The notes: a model not told the origin generated them from the letters alone. Positions 48,918-62,242 are shown, counted from the stretch's first letter. The stretch: DNA of 64,000 nucleotides from Lama glama (GCA_028534125.1 CM052818.1:41418001-41482000); one strand, 5' to 3'. Numbers and translations are program-made.

Positions 48918-50871
48918 AGTGTGTATTTTTGGACTCCTTTTCATTTAATGTAAATGAAGCACCACTGATAGACCCGGAATCAGATGACAGAATTCAACGT
49001 GACCAATTTCTGTGTCTGAGGACTCCAAGTCCCTTGGCAGCCCTGCAGGATTCTAATTTCCTGTCACTAGCTTGAATCAGTCTGGCCCAAACTGAAATTG
49101 TTTTAGAGCACTGATTTTTCTTGTTTATTTTAAGTCATGTTGATCTGTCCGTCCTCTTATAAATGGTCTGAAGTGTCAAGGATGCTGTAGGTCGACGTGG
49201 AAAGAGCTTAGGTGTCACGTCTCAACAGAGAATCAAACGTATTTATGCTACTTCAGAACTATGACTTGAGGGCAGTTACCTGCCATCTCTGAGCCACCGT
49301 GTCTTCTATCAAATGGAGGCAATCATTACTTTCATAATTTCCTTCTTATAAAGTTGTGTTAAATAACATATAATATTTCAAATTTACTTTTAAAAAGGTA
49401 AGAGGGACGTCAGTTTGAGGGCACGCTTTGACAATGTGCTCCTCTCCTTGGTGCTTGGCATATAAAATTGGTGATGCTGAATTGAACCAGGGTCTCCTCT
49501 ATAGGAGTGGAAATGGAGATGGAGAAGGGTCTCTCTGAAGACAGGCACCTCACCTCCGCCTTCTGTAGTTAACACTTGTGGTGGTGGGCTTGAGAAAATA
49601 TGTGGGATTGTTTGTATATGTGGAAGGATAAGAAATTCTCATTTTCCACCAAAAGGAAAACAACAAAAAAATCTGGATAACAGAGGGCTTTGCCTGTCTT
49701 ATTTGAATTGTCCAAGTTCCTGTTCTGCCTGCCTTTACCATGGTCAGCTGTCCATCAATCTTGTTTATCTGCTGTGCACTGGAACAAGTGATTACATGAG
49801 TGATTACACTGTGATTTGTCATCACGGCTCACCCAGTCATAGGGTCACACTTGGTTAACTCCATGGATAAGTCATGGACTGGGGCAGAGGGCTCAAGAGT
49901 GGAAATTTGAGTGTATCCAAGTTTCTCTATGTGTGCGTGTGTCTGAATATGAACATGGGAGATCCTCTGTGTCTGTATATTGGTGTCTTGAAGTTTATGA
50001 GTCTGCACATGACCTTATGGACTAGGGCTCGTGGACATGCGTGGAAGTCTGTGGGTTCCTATCGTGTGCCTTTTTACGTCTATGTTAGTAAATGCATACG
50101 TGGGTAGTTTCTGTATGTTTGTTGTTGTGTAGGAGGAAGGGAGCAGCTGAGGATTAGGTGTCATTTATTCATTCATTCTAGAAATATTCACTTAGGGCAT
50201 GAGAAAGCCAGACTTTGAATCTGTGAGGTCACGGACTTAGTCAAAGGAGGAATTGGGCCAAACAGAGATGAAGAAACTGGCTTTGCTGGTGTGCTTTGAG
50301 CAGTGCAGTGGCAAAATCCCCATCCATGGACACTCGGGGGGCAGCCCAGGGGCTCAGTGATGCCCCTGAATGATCTCCAAGGGCATACCCATCAAGCTGC
50401 TGCAGAGGTCATGTTTTGTCCCTCCTGTCGGTAGGACCTCCTCTTCCCTAATTAGAAGTGGCACCAAGCGGCTATGCTCTTTCTGGTGCAGGTCAGGATG
50501 GCATGGCCCTGGCCAATGGGGTCAGCTTTCCTTCCTTACAATGTAGGCCCTAGAATGTGTCTTTAAACTTACAAGACAGTCTAACTCTTTGCCACTGTGT
50601 GTTTATAGTTACAGAACTCTCTTAGGAAGACTGGTAGTAGCCCAGTTATTTCAAAGCAGTGTTTTTGAGAGCGCTAGGGAACAGAGAGAAAGCTCATTAT
50701 TTCCACTCGCATCGGTTACAGAACGAGGCAGAGGCGGTTTCTTCGCATTGATTTCGACAGGAGAAAGGAGAAGAGCCCAGAAAGAAGACGTGCTCCGCCC
50801 TTGGTCCTCTGGGTGAGCTGTGATGGGACCCAGACCTCCCAGTTCAGGATCTTTCAACCTCCAAGCCTACA

Positions 50872-51292
50872 TGTGATGGTTAATATAATGTGTCATCCTG
50901 ACTGGGTTAAACGTTATTTCGGGGTGTGTCTGTGAGGGCATTTCTGGATGAGACTAGCAGTTGAATCAGGGGGCTCAGTAAAGCAGATTGCCCTCCCCCA
51001 TCCAAGGAGGGCCTGAAAAGGACAAAAGGCAGAGGCAGGAGAAATTCACCCCTTCCCCTCCTGCCTGACTGCTGAGCTGGGACCTCCATCTTCTCTTACC
51101 CTTGGGCTAGGATTTATACCACCGACTCTCCCAGTTCTTCAATGGTGGGAATCAGGCTGGAGTTATACCACCAGCTTCCGGGGGCTTCAGCTTGCAGGCT
51201 GTGGGTAGTGGGACTTCTCATAATAAATCTCCCTATCTGTATACACATATATCCCATTGGTTCTGCTTCTCTGGAGAACCCTGACTAATACA
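50872..51292 (+). mobile_element. MLT2 (ERVL) solo LTR, MLT2D-like
   Basis: tgtgatggttaat...gggtgtgtctgtgagggcatttctggatgagactagc...gtaaagcagattgccctcccc...attggttctgcttctctggagaaccctgactaataca. Confidence 0.92.
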
Positions 51293-51511
51293 CACTCAGA
51301 TCTCTTTTTTCCCCCACAGAGTCCAGGCTGATTAAATGCCTCCTGGGCTGCCCTGTGAGTTCCTGGATCACTTCAAGTTGAACTCCATAACACATTGTGT
51401 GGTACTTTCCAGCTCCCAAGGGACTTGGACCAATGCTAACTGTTGAGTGATCTTCACACACCCCATGTGAGATGGGTTATTAGAAGTACGTGAAGGGATA
51501 AAGGAAGAAAG

Positions 51512-51992
51512 TAGTATACATATATACAATGGAATATTACTCAGCCACGAAAAAGGATGAAATCTTGCCTTTGCTACAATGAGGATGGACCTAGAGGCTG
51601 TTATGCTAAATGAAATAAGTCAGACAGAGAAAAACAAATACCATATGATTTCACTTGTATGTGGAATCTAAAAAAATACAACAAATATAACAAAACATAA
51701 ACAGACTCATAGGTATAGAGAACAAACTAATGGTTGCCAGAAGGGGTGGGAGGTGAGGGGGGAAAGGGAGGAAACAGGGGAAGGAGGTTAACAAGTATAA
51801 ATTTCTAGCTACAAAGTAAACAAGTCACAGGGACGTGATGTACAGCTCAGAGACTATAGTCAGTAATATTATAATAAGTCTGTATGGTGCATAATCTATA
51901 CAAATGTCAGATCACTATTTTGTACACCTGAAACTAACATAATATTGTAAGTCAACTATGCTTTAATTTTTAAAAAAGTAAAATAAAAAAAA
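51512..51992 (+). mobile_element. 5'-truncated LINE-1 3' end (L1MA9-like) with A tail, apparently inserted into a MIR
   Basis: atatacaatggaatattactcagcc...atggacctagagg...tatgctaaatgaaataagtcagacagagaaa...tgtacacctgaaactaacataatattgtaagtcaactat. MIR-like sequence on both sides. Confidence 0.92.
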
Positions 51993-54235
51993 GATGGAGA
52001 AATCGAGGCTCCAAGAGGAGGCTAGTAAGTGGCAAAATCAGAGCTGAAGGCTCAAATCTAGGTCTTCTCAACCTGAGTGTGGCTGTGTTTCGTGTGTCTG
52101 CCTGACCCACAGGCCAGGAGCTCCTCAGGGCAGGGGCATTCTCACTGTTGAGCTCGGGCCTGGCCTGGTGTCTAGGGTTGGGTCCCCCGGGATCTGAGGT
52201 CTGTGTACAGGAAGCTGATTGGGATCAGTACCTTCCAGGAAAGAAAGAAGGAGGACCAGGTGGAGGGGGAGGTTGAACTGCAGATGCCTCGGGCAGCTCT
52301 GGAGCCGGGATGGCCCTCGAGTGGTTTTAAACAGAAAAATGGAGCCAGGGGCCTTTGTGCCCTGTTAGTGACCATCACTGGATGTGCACTGCCTCTAGGA
52401 AGGGTGTGGCCTTGGACAAATGGCTCACTTTAAGGAAGTGCAATTGAGGGATTCAAGGAGAGGAACTCAGCTCTGAGCCATCTGTTCCCCGCACTCCGAG
52501 CAGCTGGGGACACGAGTGACTCAGCCCTTTGGGAGATCCGGGTGACACACCACAGAACATTGAGGAAGGGCTTGTGAAATTGACTCTTCCCTGCAACATG
52601 CTTCCCTGTTCTTTTACCCCCGAGTTCTGCTGCAGCAGATTTGGTTTTTCCTGCCCTGGCCACTCGAGATCTGTGAACTCTGCTGCCTTCCCTGCCCCTC
52701 TTCCTCCTGGGGTCACCCTCTGGATATTGCCTCCATGTATGTGAGTGTCAGTGTGTGTGTGTTGCTCACCAGCATTGACTAAGGCTCATTTCTGTGTTGG
52801 TTTCTCAGGCAGGGAGCTCAGTATTTCCTAGCAGCCCTGACTGCCATATAAAAATGGGATAGAAATGATGCCATCCAGCCCCAGCTTTGCTCTGTTTCTG
52901 TGCTCAGAGCATCTCTGCGCCCCAAACCTGTGATCTCGGGGACCTGGCCCAACACTTCCAAGAGCAGAGCCTCCACCCAAGGAAGAGTGACTCGGTGCGG
53001 CAGGTTTGAGGCCTCCTGCGCCCTCCGGGACCTCTCACGGGGAGGCCCCCGCTAGGAGGCCGGCTGCTTGGGCAGTGAGGGTTTCAGGGGCCAGACGCTA
53101 AGAGGCCCGAGTCTGTTCCGGAACAGTGGCTCCATTCTGCACGGAGGGTCAGCGGTCACGCCGCGGCGGCCTCCCGAGGACTCTGTCCGACCCCTGAATT
53201 CAGACTCTGGGCACTTGATTATCTAAGCCATGGGACATGACCCCCCCGGCCCCCAGTAGTTCTATCACTGGACAGATCTCTCCAAAGGTCACGCGGAGGG
53301 CCTGGTGTGAAAGGGCTTCCCTCCCCCAGGAGTCCGTCCTCACGCACCGCCCTCCCTTCATTTCCCCAGTAGAGGGGTCGGGCTCCCCGATCCGGCTAGA
53401 CTGCGAGTCTGCGGAATTTGGCCGCCCTCTGAGGCTGCCGGCCAGGCTGCCAGGCTGGGGGAGGAGGACTTGCTGTGTACTTGAGCAATCTCAGGGTCTC
53501 CAGAAAGACCTTCTGGATTTTTCCCTGAAACCCCTGCTGGTTGATACCAGAATTCCCCTTTAGCAGATGACAGCATTTTTCAAGGAAACCTCAGAAGCAG
53601 AGAACATTGTTGAGGTCGGGGAGATGGGGAAGTGTCTGACCTTCTCTTCGGGGCCCGGGTCAGGGTTGCGGTCCTTCCTGGGAGCTGGATATGCCGGTGA
53701 CGGGGGAAGATGAATGAGGAGAGGCGTGGAAGCCTGAAGTGGAGGAGACGGTGGGAAAGGATGGAACCAGAAGCTGGAAATGGAATCAAAACCAGCGCTC
53801 CCCAGTTTGCCCGCTTGTCGGCACCATCTCGATCTGGCTGTCACGTGACCTTGGGAAGGTGAAACAGAGAGAACACTGACACAGTTTATCAGACGGGCTC
53901 AAGTGCGAACCTGGCGTTGATCGTGGGCCGACAAGCTGCGTGTCACCCAGTGCTCACGGCAAAGCTGGGAGGTGGGTTGTCCCCGGTTCCATTTTACAAA
54001 AGCTGGCTCCAAACTACCACTTGTAAAATGACTCACCTCTCCTGGACTCTAATGAAGCCTTCCCGAGCAGGCAGCATCTGAGAGGGGGCTTACCTACTGA
54101 GTTGGGAGCCCCACAAACAGACCTTTGCCATCTTGGTCTGTTAGGGTTTCCCGGGGACTGAGCCGTAAGCCACAGTCTTCATCACTGAACAGATCAGTAA
54201 GCAAGAGCTTCTAGAGCGAGGGCAGTCAGAGGAAC

Positions 54236-54409
54236 TCCAGCAATCCCACTCCCGGGCACACACCTGGGAGAAATGAAAACATTAATTCAAAAAGATACAT
54301 GTACCCCAGTGTTCACTGCAGCCCTGTTTACTATGACAAAGACATGGAAGCAACTCAAATGCCCATCAACAGCAGAATGAACGAAGAAGATGTGATATAT
54401 ATGTACACA

Positions 54410-54453
<44 letters not shown>

Positions 54454-54910
54454 GGAATATTATCCACTCATAAAAAAGAATGAAATCTTGCCATTTGCAG
54501 CAATGTGGATGGACCTAGAGAATACTATAATAAGTAAGTCAGACAGAGAAAGACAAATACTATATGACATCACTTATATGTGGAATTAAAAAGAAAATAC
54601 AATTGAAAACAAAATATGCAAAACAGAAACAGACTCATAGATGTAGAAAACAGACTTGTGGTTATCAAAAGGGAGAAGGCAGTGGAGGAGGGGGACAAAT
54701 TAGGGGTATGGGATTAACAGATACACACAACTATATATAAAATAGATGAGCAACGAATATTTACCGTATAGCACAGGGAATTATACCCAAAATCTTGTAA
54801 TAACCTATAATGGAATATAAACTGCAAAAATACTGAATCACTATGTTGTACACTTAAAACTAACGCAATATTGTAAATCAACTCTATTTCAATTTTTAAA
54901 AAAAAGAAAG
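54236..54910 (+). mobile_element. 5'-truncated artiodactyl-type LINE-1 (ORF2 C-terminus and 3' UTR) with internal (CA)n at ~54404-54450
   Basis: ccagcaatcccact...aaagatacatgtacccc...gggattaacagatacacacaactatatataaaatagat...gtatagcacagggaa...tactgaatcactatgttgtacac...A tail. Same family as 9075-9620. Confidence 0.93.
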
Positions 54911-56129
54911 TTAAAAAGGAGAAGAGGAAGACTATGGCAAAGGTAGAGAATTTATACAGAGACACACATGAAGATATCATGTTCTCTGAAAATAGAAGAT
55001 GATTTTGTTTTATAAAGTTCTTTCTTTTTTCACGTATGCAGTCAGAAATCTCACAGGGAGGGATGGATGGAGGATGCAGCCTCCAAGGTTATGATTCCTT
55101 GACCAAAGCACTTGTTTGTCTTTCTCAAAGAAAACAGAGCGGGCTGTAGCCTGCAGGAGAGGGCCCTGGGCTGGGGCCAGCGTCTGTGTTTGCTTCCCAG
55201 CCTCTTCGGAGCTCGCCCCGTGTCCTTGGGCCAGTGCCTTGCCCTCTCTGGGTTTCCCTTTGCAAAAGCACAAACTGAAAAGTGCCTTTCAATTCTGACC
55301 CTCTATGGATCTATTTTTAACAAAAGCCACACTTACTCCCACACTCTGAGCTTGCCATAACGACATTTGTAGCTACACAAGCTTCCCAGAATCAGAAAGA
55401 AACAGCATTTGTGAAGTGTCAGCTCATCAGAAATGACTGGCAGGTGGGGGGTTCCAAGCCCCTCCCCAAAACCTGCTCCTGATGCAAACACAGGCCGCCT
55501 TCCCGGCGCTGCTGCCTCTTGCTGACTCTGCCGCGTGCTCTCAGGAACAGAAATAGAATCCGTCTGCCACACAGCAAGTGCGCTCCCGGGAGGATGGGAT
55601 GTGTGAGTAATTGTTTATTTAATTTTTTTTCCCAGATAATTCTCTGTTAGAGAAAATAATTTCTGAAGTGGAGGGCGGGGGCCCTGAAAAGCCGTCGGCT
55701 CCCTGCTAGACAAGTCACCGAGCACAGCATCTTGGCGTCCCCATCTAGAGACGGGGCCAAGGATGCTCAGAATCCCTCCTCAATGCAGCGATGCCCTGGG
55801 GCTGCATGCAGGGTCTCCTAGACCTTTCGGCTATAAAACTTCACTGCAAAGCAAAGCGACACCAGATTATAAGGATGCCCAAGCTGCTTTCTTTGCATCC
55901 TTGATTCAGGATTCCCACGAGCTAAACCAAGCTGGCAGCTCTGAGCTCAAGCAGTCCATGGATCAGAGACCACAGTGCCCTGAGGTCATACTTCCCGCTG
56001 TCCAGTTGGAACAGGGCTCCCCACTCAGCCTCCCTGACAAGGGGCACCCGGTGCCTCATTTACCTGCTGAAGTCTACACGGTGGCCGGCATGGCTTTCTT
56101 GTGTCCTAATCTGATCTCACTGTGGAACT

Positions 56130-56360
56130 GTCAGCTTGAAAATCCCTTGACAGGAGGCAGAATCAGGAGTCCAAGTCCTGACTCCCCACATCTAAGCGGC
56201 ATAGCCTCGGGGGTGGTGCTTTTCAGACCTCGCTATACATCTACATCAGCTGTAAATTGGGGATCACGAACACACGTATCCTACCAGTCTCACAGGTTGT
56301 TGTGAACAACGTGCATAATGTTGTTCGTCAAACTGTTTGCAGCATGGTCTGGGCTGAGCG
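56130..56360 (+). mobile_element. MIR SINE
   Basis: gagtccaagtcctgactcc...cagctgtaaattgggga...ctcacaggttgttgtga. Confidence 0.7.
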
Positions 56361-57119
56361 AGGCTGGTGGATGCCCTGTTGACGGTGCAACACCAGACAC
56401 ACGCAGTTGAGAAAGGGGGGGTATGGAGAGGCCCAGGATGACACTCTCCAGGAAGGAAGCATAGGACGTGGGGGATGGGAGAAGGCAGAGAGGTCATCTG
56501 TTAGTGTCCCTCGAAGGAGACCCCCTCCGACCCTACCTGATCCCAGAACTTCCTCTCGGACACCCCTCAGCCCAAGGGATCATTGTTTTTCTCACACATG
56601 TGAGTCCTGACCCCAGCCCCAGGACAGGCCCCTAAGAGAGGCTGGAGCTGCCAGTTTCTGGGTTTTTTTCTCAGAAGCATCTAGTTAGCACCAGCCTCGT
56701 GCATTGCAGGAGCTGGGGACCCCTTCCCGAGCTGCTCCTCAGCCTCACCTCCTGGACGCCCCCCGCTGGTCTCCTGCGGTGCTTTACCCAGCCAGGCCCC
56801 CTCTCACAGATGCCTCCCTCTCCCGCTCCCGTCTCTCTCCCCGTGGGTCCTGGGGAAGCCTCAGCCTCAGCTTGTCATCAGCCTCTTTCCTAGGTATATT
56901 CAGGCCATTCAACAGGAATAGGCCCGTTTGAGAGCCCAGGTGGGCACTGGGGCAGCTCAGAGGTCAGCAGGCATGGGCCTGGCTCTCACTCTCCTGGATC
57001 TTGGAAAATTATCAATGAATGAACCCGTCCCAGGCCTGAGGAATCCTGACTAGCTCGTTGCTGAACTGAGGATGTAGAAAGCCAGATTTTAACGAGAGTC
57101 ATACTTACCACCAGCTACT

Positions 57120-57280
57120 CCCTTTCATCCACACAACAGTCTCTGAGGATTTTCATACCCATTTTCCTGAATAGGAAACTGAGGCTCAGAGAGGCTGGTA
57201 AGTGGCATAGTTAAGACTAGAAATAAACTCTTCTCACCCCAGATAATGTCCTTCCCTAAAAAATCACAGTGCCTCAAATG
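57120..57280 (-). mobile_element. MIR fragment
   Basis: ccccattttcctgaataggaaactgaggctcagagagg...gtaagtggca. Confidence 0.75.
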
Positions 57281-57809
57281 GAATGCTTGGTGAGAGGCCC
57301 AAGATAAATTTGGGGATGAGGATAGTGGAAAAGGACCAAAATAAGCCTTGCTCTGCCGAGGATAAGAAGTTATTCAATAAATAAACATGAGTCAGTGGGG
57401 AGGCAGCATTTTCTCCTTGGAAAACATGGGTGTAATTCTGCAATTAGTGGTTCCAGTAAAAGTGGGTGGGCAGCTCCTTGGAAATAGAAATTTCCAGGCT
57501 CGGCTGTTCATCTGGCTGCGCAGCTGGAGGCCAGAGAAGGTCAGGAACTTTGTTTTGTATTGTGACCACCTTGAACGTGCCTCCGACTTCAGCCGCAAAT
57601 CCCTAATTGGAATTCCGTCTTCCTTTTTGCTTCTACAATCTGTCTTCTTTGCAGCCATCTCAGTGACATTTACTTTAAAAATACGAATATATATATACAT
57701 TTGTATACGTGTGTGTGCAACCATGTCACTCCCTAATTAAAATACTTCATTGGTTTCCTAGCTCCACAAGGTAGAATCTAGACTCTCAAGTGTGGCGGTC
57801 TCGCTTATG

Positions 57810-58130
57810 GGGTTATTTCAGCTTAGGTCGCCCCCAAAGCAGACCCTGGGATGGGATTTGTGGTCAAGACTGTCCGATGAAAGCAAGGCAGCCGAGGCCT
57901 TCACCTACCAATGCTTGTTCCTCATCAGTGAGGGCTTGCTTCTGGGGTATTCACTTCCCAATGCATCTGTCTGCTCCTTGCAAGGCCAGTGCCCTGCTGG
58001 GAGGTGAGTGGGCCCTCAGACGGAGAGGTACAGCTGCTCCAGGCAGAAGTCATTGCCATGTGGGGAGTTGTCCGCCGAAGCTGCCGGCGACGTCCCAGAG
58101 CTCCCCAAAGGGACGCGTCTGTTACACAGA
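57810..58130 (-). mobile_element. Old MLT1 (MaLR) LTR, degraded; preceded by an L2 fragment (~57560-57790)
   Basis: ttaggtcgcccccaaagcagaccctgggatgggatttg, typical of antisense old MLT1. Confidence 0.5.
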
Positions 58131-59039
58131 CTCTGCATGAGCTTCCTTCTCAGGCTGCATCTTCTGTTCCTGCACGTGGTCCCAGATTTCACAGACAGGT
58201 GACTCTACGAGTGAGCAAACCACACGGATCACACACAGTTAGGGAACCTTAATAAGAGCATGTTTATCTGAAGGAGGCAACTAAGCTTTCCAGAGCAGAC
58301 TGATCAGCTTGGAAACTTTGGACTCTTTTCTATTTAACATAAATTTCCACATCCTCATCTCACAGGCATGACAAGGAAGCAAATGAGGATGAAAGACAAG
58401 CTCGTAGCAATTTAAAAACTCAGCTCCCCCTGTGGTTGGCAGGAGGGAAAACTGTGTGCGGTGTTCTTCCAGGGTCTGGGCGGGTCTTCCCTAAGAATCT
58501 CCTCCAGGCATGTAAGATTCTGCATCACAAGGGAACAGTGTACGTGCTGTCTTCACACTCTCCTAAATGAGGCAAAACTAAGGGCTTCAGCAGGCATATA
58601 GGAGTTTAACCTGAGTTGTTGATTAGATAAAGTTTGAAAAGCTGTTCCCAAACATGCAGTCTTTTCTTGGACTCCCATATTTTGCACGTTCTGGTTCTTC
58701 TACTGAGACCACCCTTCACATGTTTGTCCGTCACCGCCTCTGTGAAATCCTTTCTGATCAGTACATACAGACTTCATCACTCCCACCTTCCTCTCGTCAT
58801 CATACTTGTAAATACTTTATTATAGTCCTGGAAATCATGAGTCTCTTTGGGTCCTTAATGTCTGTAACCTAAAGTGTTCACAAAAGTTAAGCTTTGAGGC
58901 TTAAGGTTTGGGGATCTGTTATAATTTATAAGTATCATTTTGATAGCAAAGTCACCTATTTTGTAGGATACTATGTCTGCCTTTCTCTTTTTTATTTTAA
59001 GATCTATTTTAGGTTGGTTGTCTTAAAAATTCCATGATT

Positions 59040-59797
59040 CAAAAACACTTGCTAAATGTCTTTTATGTGCCAGGCTGAGTGGGACACACCTAGAAGTTAT
59101 TATTCCTCTCCTTGACGATTTCATTTTCCAGCTAAAAACCTGACCTCTAAGCCCAGGAAATAATGCCAGTCACTTAGCAAACCAGCAGGAATTCGCACCC
59201 CAGGGAAGTTCACCATGAATCAGGGCAATATTTCAAGGATGTGAGGCCCTCGCTGAGACTTGGGGGAAGGAAAAGATTCTGATGATGGGAGGAGGACATC
59301 CTAAATTAGAATAGGACCAACTTCACAGAACCACGATGAGAATAAGCAAGACACAAGACTGAGGGAGATGAGGGAACAGCCTGGAACAGCCTGTCGGTTC
59401 TGCAGTGGAGCTGGAGATGTGGACAGAAGGGTGCCAACCGGGGAGAATTTGATGCCAGACAGTGGAATTTGACATCAGACGACATGAACCCGGTTAAGTT
59501 TTGAGAAAACAGAGGGACATTAAGATGCTTGTCTTTGAGGAAGGTCAGTGTGGCAGCTGATGGAAGACAGATTGGGTGAGGATGAGAGGCTGTGCCATGG
59601 AGACCTTCAGGAGAACGTGCTGAGGTGGGGGTGGGAGTAGGTTTGATGGGACACTGATCTGGGCAGCCGGAGAGGAGAAGGATGCAGTACTGAGGACAAG
59701 AAAGTTTGGTGCTTGGCCAAGAGAATGGAAGCAGTGGTGGTGGGGTTTGGAGAAACTGACCCAGAGAAGTAAGCATTGTTAAAGCCATATGAAGAGG

Positions 59798-59843
<46 letters not shown>

Positions 59844-59950
59844 GGGGCACAGAGAATTTTGGTGTGACAAGAGGAAACTGAAGCAGGGAAGGAGACAGAG
59901 GCTGTCAGAGGTAGGGTGTAATGAGGATGCCCTTGTTTTGGAAGACAGCT
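59040..59950 (-). mobile_element. Degraded L2 LINE
   Basis: cacttgctaaatgtcttttatgtgccagg...gaggaaggtcagtgtggcagctg...gagaatggaagcagtggtgg. Confidence 0.6.
59800..59841 (+). repeat. (GT)21 microsatellite
   Basis: Direct count. Confidence 0.97.
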
Positions 59951-61129
59951 CGATTTCAGACGTACTTACCACTTGAGCCTTTGTCTGCAGCACACGGGGG
60001 CCTGACTTCGCAGAGCATCAGTCGTGCCACGTTGGACCTACAGGTGCCATGAATAGAGACACTGGGATTAGGGAAGCCAGCCTTCTGAGCAGCGCTTCCT
60101 TGCTCACAGTGATCACAAACATGGCCCGTGCGGGGAACCTCGTCCGGAACTTGATGCTTGACTTTTTGACATGTGATTGCACAGTTTCCATACTCTTCTT
60201 TTGGCTGATGACACTGCTTAGTTTTGCAGGTAGATAAGAATGCAACCCTTAACAGCATATACAGAAACGCGTTCACAGATGTTTCGCGTGGGAACCACTT
60301 AAGCTCAGTGGCTCTCAAAATACCTTCGCCATCCAGCACTCCTGAGGAGTGGAGCACACTTGGACCAATAACAGAGAGTCAGCTCTCTCCCCAGTCTCAG
60401 GGGGAGAGGATGGAAGGGCACACGTCTCTCAGTGCTTGAGCCAGAATCTGGGGAAAAGAGATCAAAGCCCCGCGGGCGGTTCCGATGGAGCCCCCGGGAG
60501 GGAGTCCCCATGCGGGCTCAATGGCTTCTAGTTCAAGCACAACCTGGGCTCATCCACCTGCCTAAATCGAATTTTCTGCCCTTCTAATCCTAAGCCTGGC
60601 CTCAACCCTATAGGGTTCAAGACCCTTCAAGACCCACCTGTGGTTCTCCCTTCATCTGAGAAATCGGCCCTGACTCCCACAGCTCATGTAATCTTTTCAA
60701 TGTCTTATTCTTGCCCTTCATTCAGTATTTGACTGTCTGAGAGTCTGTCTCCCCCACTAGACTCTGGAGATGTTTTATTCCTCTCCGAAGCCCAGCATCC
60801 AGCCTGGTGCTTGGCAAAGGGTAGACCTGACCCACAGTGAAAGCTTACAGATCAGATGAATGGATGGATGCCTCAAAAAACACACATCTGCCACCTTCAG
60901 TCTCCCTGCCATTTCTTGATTCCTTTTCAGACCTCTTGCTCTGGAGTCTCCTGTTCCAGGCAGCTGCTGCCGCCACCTCCTCCATCCTCGGAGCCGGGCC
61001 GCATTTCTCCCAAGAGGCTGGAGGACACAGTCTTTCCAGCCCTGCAGGCTCAGGTTCAGTATCTCCTCACGTGTGTGGAGTGTTTCATCATTCCCTGACC
61101 ATCACCGCATCCTTGATCATATCTTCAGC

Positions 61130-61290
61130 CGCTGCCGACCTGGGAGGTTAGCAGGGGAAGCACCATTATGTCGCTGTTGTGCACAGGAAACGGAGGGACT
61201 TGAGAGTGAGGTGACCTGACCGAGGTTGTCCATCAGCAGGTGGAGGAGGTCAAGGTGGGAACAGGTGCTTTGACTCAAAGGTTGGGTATT
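61130..61290 (-). mobile_element. MIR fragment
   Basis: cattatgtcgctgttgtgcacaggaaacggagg...gaggtgacctgaccgaggt...tgactcaaag. Confidence 0.55.
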
Positions 61291-62197
61291 TTTTTTTTCC
61301 TCTTTATCACATTTGATCTTTTCCCATCAGTTTCCATTTTCTTTCTAGCTTTCGGATTTGCCCACTATTTCTGTTAGTGCCTGATCTCTCCCTCTTCTGG
61401 TCTTTTTGAAAGGACCCCACTTTCCCTGACAGGAAAATCCAACAGGAACTGTCATTCCTGAGATGTCCAACATATGACCTCTCATGGCTCATGCTTCCCA
61501 GTTTGATTCCAGAAGCCATGCCCACCCAGAGGACCTTCAGGGAGCCTCCTTCAGAGGTTGCACCAAGACTGATTGGCAAGCACTGTTTGGTATCCATCTT
61601 CTTAAAATAGAATGCTAGAGTATACTCTGTTCTATTTTTTTTTTACAGTTTTTCTCCTCCTCCACCACCCCACCCTCCTCCTTGCTTGTCTATTCTTTGA
61701 AGCATTTTCAAGCTCCTCACAGACATAAGTGACTGAATGCATTCATTAAGTCATCTTTTGTTTTATCGCAATGAAAATGAATGCGTATTTATTTTTCTTT
61801 CTGCAAGAATTTGTTGAAATCCCTGGCTAGAAGGCAAGAAACCTGCAGTCTAGTCATCTTGTCTTAGTCATGGGTTTTGTGACTTCAGAGGAATCAGATA
61901 ATCTCTCAGCTTTCTCACTGATCATGTCACACTTTCAGTTATTTATTTACATGATTGCCTTCCCTTCTAGACTGTGAACAAACAGCAGGCAAGGGAACTG
62001 TTTTTTTTTTTTCCAATTTGTACTCTCAACACTTATTGCAGTTTCCAGCGAACACTGAATTGTGTGGCGTGTAGAGCTCCAGAGAGAGGATGGGAAGCAA
62101 GTAACTGCAGGAAAGGGCCACCAAGAAGCCATGCTCGTCTAGCTGATGCTTCCCTGGTGTTTGAGAAGGACAACAGCAGGGTCAAAGAGGGTAGAAG

Positions 62198-62199
<2 letters not shown>

Positions 62200-62239
<40 letters not shown>
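62200..62239 (+). repeat. (GT)20 microsatellite
   Basis: Direct count. Confidence 0.97.

Positions 62240-62242
<3 letters not shown>

Noticed and set aside
21455..51292. Two same-orientation MLT2 LTRs as ends of one provirus
   Set aside because: They are 30 kb apart, clearly diverged with different deletions, have no ERVL internal sequence and share no TSD; these are independent solo LTRs.
57392..57724. 110-aa minus-strand ORF
   Set aside because: Partly overlaps degraded L2 and a (TA/TG) run; no homology recognised.
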